Shown piece after piece: positions 16,007 through 25,436 of a DNA stretch of 34,224 nucleotides (position 1 is the stretch's first letter; each line of letters begins with the position of its first letter). This DNA is from Rhodospirillales bacterium (GTDB lineage Bacteria; Pseudomonadota; Alphaproteobacteria; CACIAM-22H2). The translations under genes and the position numbers were made by a program. The stretch covers positions 1-34,224 of the forward strand of contig JACQAF010000115.1 of NCBI GenBank assembly GCA_016195145.1, in the 5' to 3' direction. The notes beneath the pieces were generated by a model, which was not told the DNA's origin, did no database searches, and was given only the letters and a program-made list of their open reading frames with translations.

Positions 16007-16515
16007 TCGATCTCGGTCCGCAACGCCGCGAGCAGGCCCGCCGAGGCGGCCTCGATCAGGTCGAGAACATGCTCGAATCCGTTCGGTCCACCGTAATAGG
16101 GATCGGGCACTTCGGCCCGGCCGAGGGCCGGCGCGTAATCGAGCAGCAGGCGTACCTTGCCGCGCGCCGCCGGCGGGGCCATGCGGGAAAGGATTTTCTG
16201 GTGGTCGCGGTCAAGGGCGAGCAACAGATCGAAAGCGGCGAAATCGCCGTCCCGGATGCGTCGCGCTCGCAGCTCCGACAGATCGTAACCGCGGCGCAGG
16301 GCGTGTTGCTGGCTGCGCGGATCGGGCGGTTCGCCGACATGATAATCGTGCGTGCCGCAGGAATCGGCGAGAATCCGGGGCGCGAGGCCGGCCCGTTCGA
16401 CATGGGCGCGGAATACGCCCTCGGCAGTGGGCGAGCGGCAGATATTGCCTGTGCAGACGAACAGCACCGCCCGCTTCGCCTTCGTATTCGCATCTCCCGT
16501 CTTGCCGTCGTTCAC
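16003..16515 (-). CDS. Low-molecular-weight protein-tyrosine phosphatase
   Basis: 170 aa with a GTG start. VLFVCTGNICRSPTAEG (CX5R(S/T) P-loop) and DPYYG (Asp loop). Confidence 0.92.
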   Translation of the reverse strand: MNDGKTGDANTKAKRAVLFVCTGNICRSPTAEGVFRAHVERAGLAPRILADSCGTHDYHVGEPPDPRSQQHALRRGYDLSELRARRIRDGDFAAFDLLLALDRDHQKILSRMAPPAARGKVRLLLDYAPALGRAEVPDPYYGGPNGFEHVLDLIEAASAGLLAALRTEIE

Positions 16516-16529
16516 GTTACCATCCCCTT

Positions 16530-17243
16530 ATGCGCGCGCCATCCATCGTTGTCCTGACCGGGGCCGGGATATCCAAGGAATCCGGTCTCGACACCTTCCG
16601 CGATCCCGACGGCATCTGGGCCCGGGTGCGGATCGAGGACGTCGCCACCCCCGAAGCCTTCGCCCGCGATCCGGCGCGGGTCCACGAATTCTACAATGCC
16701 CGTCGTCGCGGTCTCCTCGGCGCCCAGGTCGAACCCAACCCCGCGCACCGGGCGCTCGCCCGGCTCGAAGCCGAATCGCCCGGCGGGGTACTGGTGATCA
16801 CCCAGAACATCGACAACCTGCACGAACGCGCCGGCTCGCGCAATCTGCTCCACATGCATGGCGAGCTGCTGAAATCGCGCTGCGCGCATTGCAAGGCCAT
16901 CGCCGCCTGCACCGACGACCTGACGGTCGCTCTCGCCTGTCCGGCCTGCGGCGCGGCGGGGGGCATGCGTCCGCATGTCGTGTGGTTCGGCGAAATGCCG
17001 CTCGGCCTCGATGCGATCGAGGCGGCGCTCGCCGGCTGCGAGACGTTCATCGCCATCGGCACGTCGGGCAACGTCTACCCGGCGGCGGGGTTTGTCGCCG
17101 ATGCCGCCGTCGCCGGGGCGCGGACGATCGAACTCAACCTCGAGCCCTCGATGGGCCACAGCCTGTTCGCCGAATGCCGCTATGGCCCGGCGGCGACGAT
17201 CGTGCCGGCTTTCATCGACGAGCTGCTGAAGGGCGGACGGTGA
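16530..17243 (+). CDS. cobB: NAD-dependent protein deacylase (Sir2 family, CobB)
   Basis: Within ORF 15819-17243. In-frame ATG 16530 gives MRAPSIVVLTGAGISKESGLDTFRD..., followed by ITQNIDNLHERAG, the Zn ribbon CAHC...CPAC, and IAIGTSGNVYPAAG. The upstream extension is antisense to the PTP gene and is rejected. Confidence 0.92.
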   Translation: MRAPSIVVLTGAGISKESGLDTFRDPDGIWARVRIEDVATPEAFARDPARVHEFYNARRRGLLGAQVEPNPAHRALARLEAESPGGVLVITQNIDNLHERAGSRNLLHMHGELLKSRCAHCKAIAACTDDLTVALACPACGAAGGMRPHVVWFGEMPLGLDAIEAALAGCETFIAIGTSGNVYPAAGFVADAAVAGARTIELNLEPSMGHSLFAECRYGPAATIVPAFIDELLKGGR

Positions 17244-17830
17244 GCGACCCGCTCGACGCGGCGCTCGACGCGGCGCGCGCCTGCACCCTGTGCGCGGCCG
17301 ATCTGCCGCTGGGGCCGCGACCGGTCCTGCTCGTCCGTCCGGCGGCTCGGCTATTGCTGGTCGGCCAGGCGCCGGGCACGCGGGTTCACGAAACCGGCCT
17401 GCCGTTCAACGATCGTAGCGGCGACCGCTTGCGCGAATGGCTGGGGATCGACCGGAGGACCTTCTACGACAATCCGCGCTTCGCCATCATGCCGATGGGG
17501 CTATGCTATCCCGGCCGCGACGCGCGCGGCGGCGACCGGCCGCCGATGAAAATCTGCGCGCCCACCTGGCATCCGCGCCTGCGCCCGTTGCTGTCGGGGG
17601 TCGAACTGACATTGCTCGTGGGAACATACGCACAAGCCTATTACCTCGGTCCTCGCCGGAAGCCGTCGCTGACCGCGACCGTGCGCGCCTGGCGCGATTA
17701 TGCGCCGGCCTTCCTGCCGCTGCCGCACCCATCGTGGCGCAATACCGGATGGCTCAGGCGCAACCCATGGTTCGCGCGCGAGGTGCTGCCCGAGTTGCGC
17801 CGACGGACGGCGGCGCTGCTCGGCGCGTGA
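17240..17830 (+). CDS. Uracil-DNA glycosylase superfamily protein
   Basis: Within ORF 16352-17830. The GTG at 17240 overlaps the cobB stop (GTGA). Motif A-like LVGQAPG and motif B-like LPHPSWRN are present. About 196 aa. Confidence 0.8.
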   Translation: MSDPLDAALDAARACTLCAADLPLGPRPVLLVRPAARLLLVGQAPGTRVHETGLPFNDRSGDRLREWLGIDRRTFYDNPRFAIMPMGLCYPGRDARGGDRPPMKICAPTWHPRLRPLLSGVELTLLVGTYAQAYYLGPRRKPSLTATVRAWRDYAPAFLPLPHPSWRNTGWLRRNPWFAREVLPELRRRTAALLGA

Positions 17831-17838
17831 GAGGCGTC

Positions 17839-18264
17839 TCAGGTCTTGCGCAGATATTTGTTGGGCAACAGGTCGGCGACCGGCACGCGGGCGACGCCGT
17901 CCTCGGTCGGCACGATCACCGTACAGCCGCGCGCGAAATCGGCCAGCATCTCGCGGCAGATGCCGCAGGGCGAGACGATCTGGATGTCGCGGTTGGCCTC
18001 GCGCGGGCGCGGATGGCGGACCGAGACGATGCATTCGATGTCGCGGTCGCCCTCGGCCAGCGCCTTGCCGATCGCCACCGCCTCGGCGCAGACCGAGGCG
18101 CGGCCGACATAGGTATCGAGATGAACGGCGGTATAGACGCGCCCGGTGCGGGTGCGCACGGCGGCGCCGATATGATGGCGGTTCTCGGCATAGAGGCGGG
18201 TGATGGTGTCGCGCGCCGCGGCGATCAGGGTGCGGTCTTCGGTCGTCGGTTCGTAGGGTTTCAT
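17839..18264 (-). CDS. Cytidine/deoxycytidylate deaminase family protein (blasticidin-S deaminase-like)
   Basis: Within ORF 17839-18399, using in-frame ATG 18264 (MKPYEPTTEDRTLIAAARD...). The Zn ligand motifs CAEAVAI and SPCGICRE are present. About 141 aa. Confidence 0.85.
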   Translation of the reverse strand: MKPYEPTTEDRTLIAAARDTITRLYAENRHHIGAAVRTRTGRVYTAVHLDTYVGRASVCAEAVAIGKALAEGDRDIECIVSVRHPRPREANRDIQIVSPCGICREMLADFARGCTVIVPTEDGVARVPVADLLPNKYLRKT

Positions 18265-18278
18265 CGGTGCTGGGTTTC

Positions 18279-18707
18279 TCAGTCCTCGGTTCGGGCTTCG
18301 ATCGCTTCCATGTCGTCGTCCGACAGGCCGAAATGATGCCCGATCTCGTGGATCAGGACATGGCGGACGACATGCGCCAGATCCTCGCCGGTTTCGCACC
18401 AGTAGTCGAGGATCGGCCGGCGATAGAGGAAGATCATGTCGGGGCCGTGCGGCACGTCGTGGATGCCCTTGCGGGCGAGGTCAACGCCGCGATAGAGGCC
18501 GAGCAGATCGAACGGGCCGTGGAGGCCCATTTCGCGCTCGGTCTCCTCGTCGCAGAAATCCTCGACCCGGAAGACGACGTTGCCCACATGCTGGCGCAGC
18601 TCCGCCGGGATGGTGGCGAACGCCGCCTCGGCCATCGCCTCGATATCGGCGAGGGTGGGCGGGGTCCGGCCGGAAGTGGGCGCCCGTGTCTTGTTCATGC
18701 GGACCAA
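18279..18707 (-). CDS. Zincin-like metallopeptidase family protein (DUF1025/Zincin_1 type)
   Basis: 142 aa. VLIHEIGHHFGLSDDDM is the HExxH motif with the family-typical context. Confidence 0.8.
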   Translation of the reverse strand: MVRMNKTRAPTSGRTPPTLADIEAMAEAAFATIPAELRQHVGNVVFRVEDFCDEETEREMGLHGPFDLLGLYRGVDLARKGIHDVPHGPDMIFLYRRPILDYWCETGEDLAHVVRHVLIHEIGHHFGLSDDDMEAIEARTED

Positions 18708-18782
18708 ATTATCCCGGCTTGAACCGTCGGGGAAGGCGGTTCACCCTTGGGGCCGGCTTTTCGGGACAGGAGGCAGCGAACG

Positions 18783-19070
18783 ATGGTCGAAAAACTGGCA
18801 GGGGCGGCGCGCGCCCAGGCGCTCGCCAAGCTCAGCGGCTGGGCTGAAATCGCCGGGCGCGACGCCATCCGCAAGGAATTCAAGTTCAAGGACTTCAACG
18901 CCGCCTTCGGCTTCATGGGCCGGGTGGCGCTGATGGCCGAGAAAATGGACCACCATCCGGAATGGTCGAACGTCTACAACCGGGTCGATGTCACGCTGTC
19001 GACCCACGATGCCGGCGGCCTGTCGGAACGCGACATCCAGCTCGCCGTCTTCATCGATTCGCTCGCATAA
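18783..19070 (+). CDS. 4a-hydroxytetrahydrobiopterin (pterin-4-alpha-carbinolamine) dehydratase
   Basis: In-frame ATG 18783 (MVEKLAGAA...). [42 protein letters not shown] is the classic PCD core. Confidence 0.9.
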   Translation: MVEKLAGAARAQALAKLSGWAEIAGRDAIRKEFKFKDFNAAFGFMGRVALMAEKMDHHPEWSNVYNRVDVTLSTHDAGGLSERDIQLAVFIDSLA

Positions 19071-19080
19071 CGGACCGGCC

Positions 19081-19842
19081 CTATTTCGGCTGCATGCGGA
19101 TCGCGCCGTCGAGGCGGATCACTTCGCCGTTGAGCATCACGTTGTCGATGATGTGGAGAACGAGACTCGCATATTCCTCGGGCTTGCCGAAGCGGGCCGG
19201 GAAGGGAACGCTGGCGGCGAGGCTGTCCTGGACCTGTTGGGGCATGCCGAGCAGCAGCGGCGTGGCGAACAGGCCCGGCGCCACGGCCAGCACGCGGATG
19301 CCGGCACGGGCGAATTCGCGCGCCGCCGGCATGACCAGGGAGACGATCCCGCCTTTCGAGGCGGCATAGGCGGCCTGGCCGATCTGTCCCTCATAGGCGG
19401 CGACTGAGGCGGTGGAAACGATCACCCCGCGCTCGCCATCGGTCAGCGCCTCGAGCTTGCCCATGTCGGCGGCGCAAAGCCGCATCATGTTGAAGCTGCC
19501 GATCAGGTTGATGTTGATCACCCGCGCGAAATCGGCGAGCGGCATCGGCCCTTCCTTGCCGACGATGCGCGCGGCCGGCCCGATGCCGGCGCAATTGATC
19601 AGGATGCGCGACGGGCCATGCTTGGCGCGCGCCTCGGTCACTGCTGCTTCGCCGCTCGCCGCATCGGCAACGTCGCACTTGACGGCGAGGCCGCCGATTT
19701 CCTTGGCGATCTTGGTTGCGCCGTCGATATTGACGTCGAGCACCGCGACCTTGGCGCCGGCCGTCGCCAGCGCGCGCGCCGTGGCCGCGCCGAGGCCCGA
19801 TCCGCCGCCGGTGACGATCGCCGCATGACCCTTGACCTGCAT
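19081..19842 (-). CDS. SDR family 3-hydroxyacyl-CoA dehydrogenase (HADH2-like)
   Basis: 253 aa. IVTGGGSGLGAATA, the catalytic YAASKGG, and overall similarity to type-2 3-hydroxyacyl-CoA dehydrogenases. RBS GAGGAA precedes the ATG. Confidence 0.85.
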   Translation of the reverse strand: MQVKGHAAIVTGGGSGLGAATARALATAGAKVAVLDVNIDGATKIAKEIGGLAVKCDVADAASGEAAVTEARAKHGPSRILINCAGIGPAARIVGKEGPMPLADFARVININLIGSFNMMRLCAADMGKLEALTDGERGVIVSTASVAAYEGQIGQAAYAASKGGIVSLVMPAAREFARAGIRVLAVAPGLFATPLLLGMPQQVQDSLAASVPFPARFGKPEEYASLVLHIIDNVMLNGEVIRLDGAIRMQPK

Positions 19843-19870
19843 GACATTTCCTCATTCTTCGTGAGACATT

Positions 19871-19889
19871 GACGGCCGACCCGGCCGTC
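19871..19889. promoter_or_regulatory. Perfect 8-bp-arm palindrome in a divergent promoter region
   Basis: GACGGCCG-acc-CGGCCGTC lies between the SDR start (19842, -) and the DUF3429 start (19943, +). Function unknown. Confidence 0.3.
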
Positions 19890-19942
19890 GCGGGGTTGTC
19901 TTATCAGACGCCGCCGGTCTTTCGCCAGTCTCGAGGTGGCCC

Positions 19943-20371
19943 ATGCTGACCGATATCCCTCGCGCCGCATTGTGGTCCGGCTTCGCCGGGCTTGCGCCGC
20001 TTGCCGCCGGTGCGGCCGGGTTGTGGCTCTTGCCCGACCTGCACGCCGCCTTTGCCCTTTACGCGATGATGGCCTATGCGGCGGTCATGCTCGCGTTTCT
20101 TGGCGCGGTGCATTTGGGCGTCGCGCTTGTTCCCGGCGGCGGCGGCCGGCCGGGATGGAGCGTCGCGCCGGCCCTGATCGGCTGGGTGGCGCAGATGATC
20201 CTGCCGGTGCCGGGGCTGATTCTGCTGATCGTCGGCTTCTGGGCGAGCTTTATGGTCGATGCGCGCGCCGTCCGGGCAGGAACGCTGCCGGTCTGGTACG
20301 GACGTTTACGCCGGCCGCTAGCGGCGCTCGCCGTCCTGTTTCTTGGTCTCGCGCTGTTCGCGGTCTGGTAA
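19943..20371 (+). CDS. DUF3429 family membrane protein
   Basis: 142 aa with four hydrophobic segments. MAYAAVMLAFLGAVHLG resembles the DUF3429 signature. The 3' end overlaps the convergent EamA gene by 54 nt. Confidence 0.7.
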   Translation: MLTDIPRAALWSGFAGLAPLAAGAAGLWLLPDLHAAFALYAMMAYAAVMLAFLGAVHLGVALVPGGGGRPGWSVAPALIGWVAQMILPVPGLILLIVGFWASFMVDARAVRAGTLPVWYGRLRRPLAALAVLFLGLALFAVW

Positions 20372-21292
20372 CGCGGGCAAATCGTCGGCGTCGCGCCGGA
20401 GCTGCGCCTCGCGGCGGGCGATGTAAAACGCGCTGGCGATGATGATCGCGGCGCCCAGCAGGGTCCAGCGGTTCGGCAACTCGGCGAACAGCATGAAACC
20501 GAACAGGGCGGCGAACAGCAGCCGGGCATAATCCATCGGGTCGACAGCCGTCGCCTCGGCGATACGATAAGCGCGAATGGTGCAATACTGGGCGACCGAT
20601 CCAGCCGCGCCGAGCAGCGCGAGAGCGAGGAACTCAATCGGGCTCGGCGGGCGCCACACCCACAATGCCGGGCCGACCGCCAGGATCGAGCTGAAGACGC
20701 CGAAATAGAAGATGATCGCTCCGGGCTGTTCGGTCTCGGCGAGCTTCTTGATGGTGACGCCGACGACGGCGACGAAAAAGGCGCTGACGATTGCCGCGCC
20801 GGCGGCGATCTCGAACGTGCCGGCCCCCGGCCGGGCCATGACGAGAACGCCGATAAAACCGACGGCGGTGGCCGTCCAGCGCCGCCAGCGCACGGCCTCG
20901 GCGAGGAACAGGACGGCGAGCGGGACCATGAATAGCGGCCGGGTGAAGCTGAGGGCGGTGGCGTCGGCGAGCGGCAGATGGGTGAGGGCGTAGAAGCTGA
21001 GCGCCATCGCCGCATAGCCGGCGGCGCTGCGGCCGAGATGTCCGCCGATCCGCTTGGTGTAGAAGGCCCGCCGTCCGTTGCGCAACAGGAACGGCAGGAT
21101 GGCGAGGCCGCCGAAGATGCAACGGAAAAACGCGATCTGGAAGGCGTGCAGCCCCTCGCCGCCCGCGTAGCCCTGGCCGAGCGCCTTGATCGTCGCCTCC
21201 ATGGCCGAAAACACGCCGGTTGCGAGCAGCATCCACAAACTGCCGCGCACATTGGGCGGCAAGGCGTGGAGCGCCGCGAGGGCCGGGCGCAT
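20318..21292 (-). CDS. DMT superfamily (EamA) transporter, paralogue A
   Basis: Within ORF 20318-21373, using in-frame ATG 21292 (MRPALAALHALPPNVRGSLWMLLATG...). It has ten-TM character and shared paralogue motifs: FQIAFFRC, THLPLADATALSFTRPLF, VRWRRWTATAVGFIG. Confidence 0.88.
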   Translation of the reverse strand: MRPALAALHALPPNVRGSLWMLLATGVFSAMEATIKALGQGYAGGEGLHAFQIAFFRCIFGGLAILPFLLRNGRRAFYTKRIGGHLGRSAAGYAAMALSFYALTHLPLADATALSFTRPLFMVPLAVLFLAEAVRWRRWTATAVGFIGVLVMARPGAGTFEIAAGAAIVSAFFVAVVGVTIKKLAETEQPGAIIFYFGVFSSILAVGPALWVWRPPSPIEFLALALLGAAGSVAQYCTIRAYRIAEATAVDPMDYARLLFAALFGFMLFAELPNRWTLLGAAIIIASAFYIARREAQLRRDADDLPALPDREQRETKKQDGERR

Positions 21293-21296
21293 CGCC

Positions 21297-22238
21297 TCAG
21301 ACCTCGGCCGTCGGCGGGGCCGGCGCGCGGGCCAGCCGCGCCTCGCGGTTGGCGATGTAGATCGTGCTGGCAATCAGGATCATCGCCCCCAGCAAAGACC
21401 ACCAATCGGGCACATCGGCAAACAGAAAATATCCGTAGCCGATGGCGAATAGCAGCCGCGCCGAATCGAACGGCGCGACGGCCGTCGTCTCGCCGGCGCG
21501 ATAGGCGCGCAGCGTGCAGGCTTGTCCGGCGACCGCGAGAAGGCCGACCAGAACCAGCAGAACGAGCGCGCCGGCAGTCGGGGTCCGCCAGACAAACGCC
21601 GCCGGAACGAGGGAGACAAGCGTGGTGACCGCGCCGAAATAGAACAGGATGGTGGCGGTGCGTTCGGTCGCCGACAGCTTCTTCGCCAGAACCGCGACGT
21701 CGGCGATCAGGAACGAGCCGAGCAACCCGACCAGGGCCGCGAGGCCGAAGGCGTCGCCGCCGGGGCGGACCACGATCAGGATGCCGATGAAGCCGACGAC
21801 CGTCGCCAGCCAGCGCCGCCAGCGCACTGGCTCGCCGAGAAAGAACACCGCCAGCAGGATGAGGAATAGCGGCTTGGTGAACGAGATCGCGGTCGCCTCG
21901 GCAAGCGGCAGATGGGTGACCGAATAGAAGCCGCAGAACATGCCGGCGACGCCAACCACGGCGCGGGCGAGATGCAGCCACAGCCGGCCGGTCAGGACCG
22001 GCGCCGCGCGATGGCCGATGACGAACGGCACGACGGCGAGAAAGCCGACGGCGCAACGGAAGAACGCGATCTGGAAAACATCGAGCTCCGCGCCCAGCGT
22101 TTTGACGATCGCGCCCTGTTGCGAGAACAGCAGGCTGCCCAGCACCATCCACGCCGCCCCGCGCAGATTTCCGGGCAGGCCGTTCCAGCGCCGTTTGAGC
22201 CGCGCCAGCCGGCCCGGCGAGGCATCAATCATCGCCAA
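21297..22238 (-). CDS. DMT superfamily (EamA) transporter, paralogue B
   Basis: 313 aa. FQIAFFRC, THLPLAEATAISFTKPLF, VRWRRWLATVVGFIG. There is a 4-nt gap to paralogue A. Confidence 0.88.
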   Translation of the reverse strand: MAMIDASPGRLARLKRRWNGLPGNLRGAAWMVLGSLLFSQQGAIVKTLGAELDVFQIAFFRCAVGFLAVVPFVIGHRAAPVLTGRLWLHLARAVVGVAGMFCGFYSVTHLPLAEATAISFTKPLFLILLAVFFLGEPVRWRRWLATVVGFIGILIVVRPGGDAFGLAALVGLLGSFLIADVAVLAKKLSATERTATILFYFGAVTTLVSLVPAAFVWRTPTAGALVLLVLVGLLAVAGQACTLRAYRAGETTAVAPFDSARLLFAIGYGYFLFADVPDWWSLLGAMILIASTIYIANREARLARAPAPPTAEV

Positions 22239-23262
22239 CGGATTTTTTTGCGGACCGCGCCGGCGCCGGTATTTCGATCTCGGGCTGCTCCTCGGGGCCG
22301 GTGGCCGATACCGCGGCCGCGCCCTCGTTCGCCGCCGCCGGGGCGACGGGCGAGGGCGGCGTTTTAAGCTCCGCCCGCGCGATCGCCGCCTCGCGTTGGG
22401 CGATATAGGCGGTTGCGGCGACGATCACCGCGGCGCCGACCCAGGTCCAGATATCGGGCGCTTCGCCGAAGGCGAACCACGCGATGACGGCGACGAAGGG
22501 CAGGCGGGCGAAATCGAACGGCATGATGACCGAAGTGTCGGTGGCGGCGAAGGCGCGGGTCATCGCCTGGTGACCGAGAGTGGCGAACAGGCCGAGAAGG
22601 ATAATCCACGGCAGCGAATGCAATGGCGGCATCACCCAGACGAATAGCGCCGGCACGAGCGACAGCGGCACGATGTAGAGCGTCATGTAGGTGACGATGG
22701 CGCTGGCCGGTTCGGTGCGGGTCAGTTGCTTGACCATGACGGCGTTGATTCCGGCCGTGGCGGTCGAACCGAGGACGAGAATCTGGGCGATCCCCACCGT
22801 ATCGAATCCGGGCCGCAGCACGATCATCGCGCCGAGGAAACCGACGACGGTCGCGGTCCAACGGCGGAGGCGGACCGTTTCGTGCAGCAACACCGCCGCC
22901 GCCAGCGTGGCGAAGAGCGGCGCGGTAAAAGACAACGCCGTCGCCTCGGCCAGCGGCATCATGGTCAGTGCTGTGAACCACATCACCATCGAAGCGAATC
23001 CGATCGCCGAGCGGCCAAGATAGAGCCGGTGGTGGTTCGTGCGCAGGGCCGACGGGCCATGGCGGATCAGCCAGGGCAGCATGAAGGCGAGGCCGGCAAA
23101 ATTGCGGAAGAAGACGATTTCGAGCGCCGGCAGGTCGGTGGCCAGCTGGCGGATCAGGGCGTTCATCGCGGCAAAACACGCGGCGGCGGCGGTCATCCAC
23201 AGGCCGCCGCGCACGGGCGCGGGAATGCTGGCGAAAAAGGCGCGAGGCGAATGCGGAGGCAT
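22225..23262 (-). CDS. DMT superfamily (EamA) transporter, paralogue C
   Basis: Within ORF 22225-23430, using in-frame ATG 23262 (MPPHSPRAFFASIPAPVRGGLWMTAAAA...). LEIVFFRN, MMPLAEATALSFTAPLF, VRLRRWTATVVGFLG. It has a hydrophilic Pro/Ala/Glu tail and overlaps the start of paralogue B by 14 nt. Confidence 0.85.
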   Translation of the reverse strand: MPPHSPRAFFASIPAPVRGGLWMTAAAACFAAMNALIRQLATDLPALEIVFFRNFAGLAFMLPWLIRHGPSALRTNHHRLYLGRSAIGFASMVMWFTALTMMPLAEATALSFTAPLFATLAAAVLLHETVRLRRWTATVVGFLGAMIVLRPGFDTVGIAQILVLGSTATAGINAVMVKQLTRTEPASAIVTYMTLYIVPLSLVPALFVWVMPPLHSLPWIILLGLFATLGHQAMTRAFAATDTSVIMPFDFARLPFVAVIAWFAFGEAPDIWTWVGAAVIVAATAYIAQREAAIARAELKTPPSPVAPAAANEGAAAVSATGPEEQPEIEIPAPARSAKKSVGDD

Positions 23263-23453
23263 AGCTTGGCAGGCGAAGTTTCCGACTTTACGCCGATTGT
23301 CCGGTCCAGGCCAGCCTCGTGCGCGCAACCCTGCTCTGCGGCTCCTGCCGGGCGATTGCCGCGCATCGGCCCTTTCTTCCCGCGCAGGTTTCGGCTTAAA
23401 TCCGCCATCCCGGGCGTTCCCCCGGGGCAAAAACGCTGAGGAAGGACCCCCGG

Positions 23454-25430
23454 ATGCCCGTACCCGCCGGTCGAAGCGCCAGTGCCGCGCCCCTCTGGCA
23501 GCCGTCGAAGGAACGCGCGGCGGACGCGAATCTCGCCGCCTTCATCAAACAGGTCGCAAAAGATCACGCGATCGAGATCAAGGATTATGCCGATCTCTGG
23601 CGCTGGTCGGTCGACCGGCCGGCGGCGTTCTGGCGCGCGGTGTGGTCGTTCTGCGGCGTGATCGCCGAGACCCAGGGCCGCTACGCCGTCGAACATGGCG
23701 ACCAGATGCCGGGCGCGCGCTTCTTTCCCGACGCCAAGCTCAATTTCGCCGAAAATCTGCTGCGCCGGAAGGATGATGGCGCGGCGCTCGTTTTTTGGGG
23801 CGAGGACAAGGCGCGCCGCACCGTAAGCTGGGCCGAACTTCAGACTGCGGTGTCGCGCCTTCAGCAGGCGCTGAAGGGGGCCGGAGTCGTCGCCGGCGAT
23901 CGGGTGGTCGGCTATCTACCGAACATGCCCGAAGCGGTCATTGCCATGCTGGCCGCGACCAGCATCGGCGCGGTGTGGTCGTCGTGCTCGCCCGATTTCG
24001 GCGCGCAGGGCGTGGTCGACCGTTTCGGCCAGATCGAGCCCAAGGTGATGTTCGCGGTCGACGCCTATCACTACAACGGCAAAAGCCATGATTGCCTGGC
24101 CAAGCTGCGCGAACTGGCCGGGCGGCTGCCGACGCTCGTCCGGATCGTCGTCGTTCCCTATGTCGCGGCGCGGCCGGCGCTCGACGGCATCGCCGCCGCC
24201 ATGTCATTCGACGACTTCATCAAGCCCTACAAGGCCGGGACGATCGCCTATGCGCGCCTGCCGTTCAATCATCCGCTTTATATCCTCTATTCGTCGGGGA
24301 CCACCGGCGCGCCGAAATGCATCGTCCACGGCGTCGGCGGCACGCTGCTCCAACATCTCAAGGAGCATCAGCTGCATTGCGACATCAAGCCCGGCGACCG
24401 GGCGTTCTATTTCACCACCTGCTCGTGGATGATGTGGAACTGGCTGGTTTCGGCCCTCGCCTCGGAGGCGACGCTGCTGCTCTATGACGGTTCGCCGTTC
24501 TATCCCGACGGCAACGTCGTGTTCGATTTCGCCGACGCCACCGGCATGACGTTCCTGGGCACGTCGGCCAAGTTCATCGAAGCCTGCGCCAAGGCTGGCA
24601 TCGAGCCGCAAAAGACCCACAAGCTGGCGAAGGTGCGCACCATCGCCTCGACCGGCTCGCCCCTGGTCGCCGAAAGCTTCGATTACGTTTATGACAAGGT
24701 GAAGAAGGACGTTCATCTCGCCTCGGTCTCGGGCGGCACCGACATCGCCGCATGTTTCGTCATCGGCAATCCGCTCGGCCCGGTCTGGCGCGGCGAGATC
24801 CAGGCCCGCGCCCTCGGCATGGCGGTCGAGGTGTTCGATGAAAACGGCAAACCCGCCCGCGCGGCCAAGGGCGAGCTTGTGTGCACCAAGCCCTTTCCGT
24901 CGATGCCGATCGGTTTCTGGAACGACGACGGGACAAAGTACCGCGCCGCCTATTTCGAGAAATATCCCGGCGTGTGGACGCATGGCGACTGGACCGAGCT
25001 GACCGTCCATGACGGTGCGATCATCTACGGGCGCTCGGACGCGGTGCTCAATCCCGGCGGCGTGCGCATCGGCACCGCCGAAATCTACCGCCAGGTGGAG
25101 CAGGTGGACGAGGTGCTCGAATCGATCGTCATCGGCCAGGATTGGGACAATGACGTGCGCGTCGTCCTGTTCGCGCGCCTGCGCGAGGGCGTGACGCTCG
25201 ACGCCGCGCTGGGAAAAAAGATCAGGGACCAGATTCGCAAGAACGCGACGCCGCGCCATGTACCGGCCAAGATCATCCAGGTCGCCGACATCCCGCGGAC
25301 CAAGAGCGGCAAGATCGTCGAGCTGGCGGTGCGCGATATCGTCCACGGCCGGCCGATCAAGAACCGCGAGGCGCTCGCCAATCCCGAGGCGCTGGAGCTG
25401 TACAAGAACCGGCCGGAACTGAAAAGCTGA
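23454..25430 (+). CDS. Acetoacetyl-CoA synthetase (acetoacetate-CoA ligase)
   Basis: 658 aa. The N-terminus [22 protein letters not shown]...[20 protein letters not shown] is typical of acetoacetyl-CoA synthetases. AMP motif [26 protein letters not shown]. Confidence 0.9.
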   Translation: MPVPAGRSASAAPLWQPSKERAADANLAAFIKQVAKDHAIEIKDYADLWRWSVDRPAAFWRAVWSFCGVIAETQGRYAVEHGDQMPGARFFPDAKLNFAENLLRRKDDGAALVFWGEDKARRTVSWAELQTAVSRLQQALKGAGVVAGDRVVGYLPNMPEAVIAMLAATSIGAVWSSCSPDFGAQGVVDRFGQIEPKVMFAVDAYHYNGKSHDCLAKLRELAGRLPTLVRIVVVPYVAARPALDGIAAAMSFDDFIKPYKAGTIAYARLPFNHPLYILYSSGTTGAPKCIVHGVGGTLLQHLKEHQLHCDIKPGDRAFYFTTCSWMMWNWLVSALASEATLLLYDGSPFYPDGNVVFDFADATGMTFLGTSAKFIEACAKAGIEPQKTHKLAKVRTIASTGSPLVAESFDYVYDKVKKDVHLASVSGGTDIAACFVIGNPLGPVWRGEIQARALGMAVEVFDENGKPARAAKGELVCTKPFPSMPIGFWNDDGTKYRAAYFEKYPGVWTHGDWTELTVHDGAIIYGRSDAVLNPGGVRIGTAEIYRQVEQVDEVLESIVIGQDWDNDVRVVLFARLREGVTLDAALGKKIRDQIRKNATPRHVPAKIIQVADIPRTKSGKIVELAVRDIVHGRPIKNREALANPEALELYKNRPELKS

Positions 25431-25436
25431 CGTCGC

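Noticed and set aside
16530-17243. Sir2-domain protein as a Thoeris/DSR/SIR2-HerA-type anti-phage effector
   Set aside because: It is a standard CobB of about 237 aa with a Zn ribbon and the GAGIS and TQNID motifs. It has no N- or C-terminal extra domains and no ThsB/HerA/pAgo-type partner. The neighbours are housekeeping enzymes.
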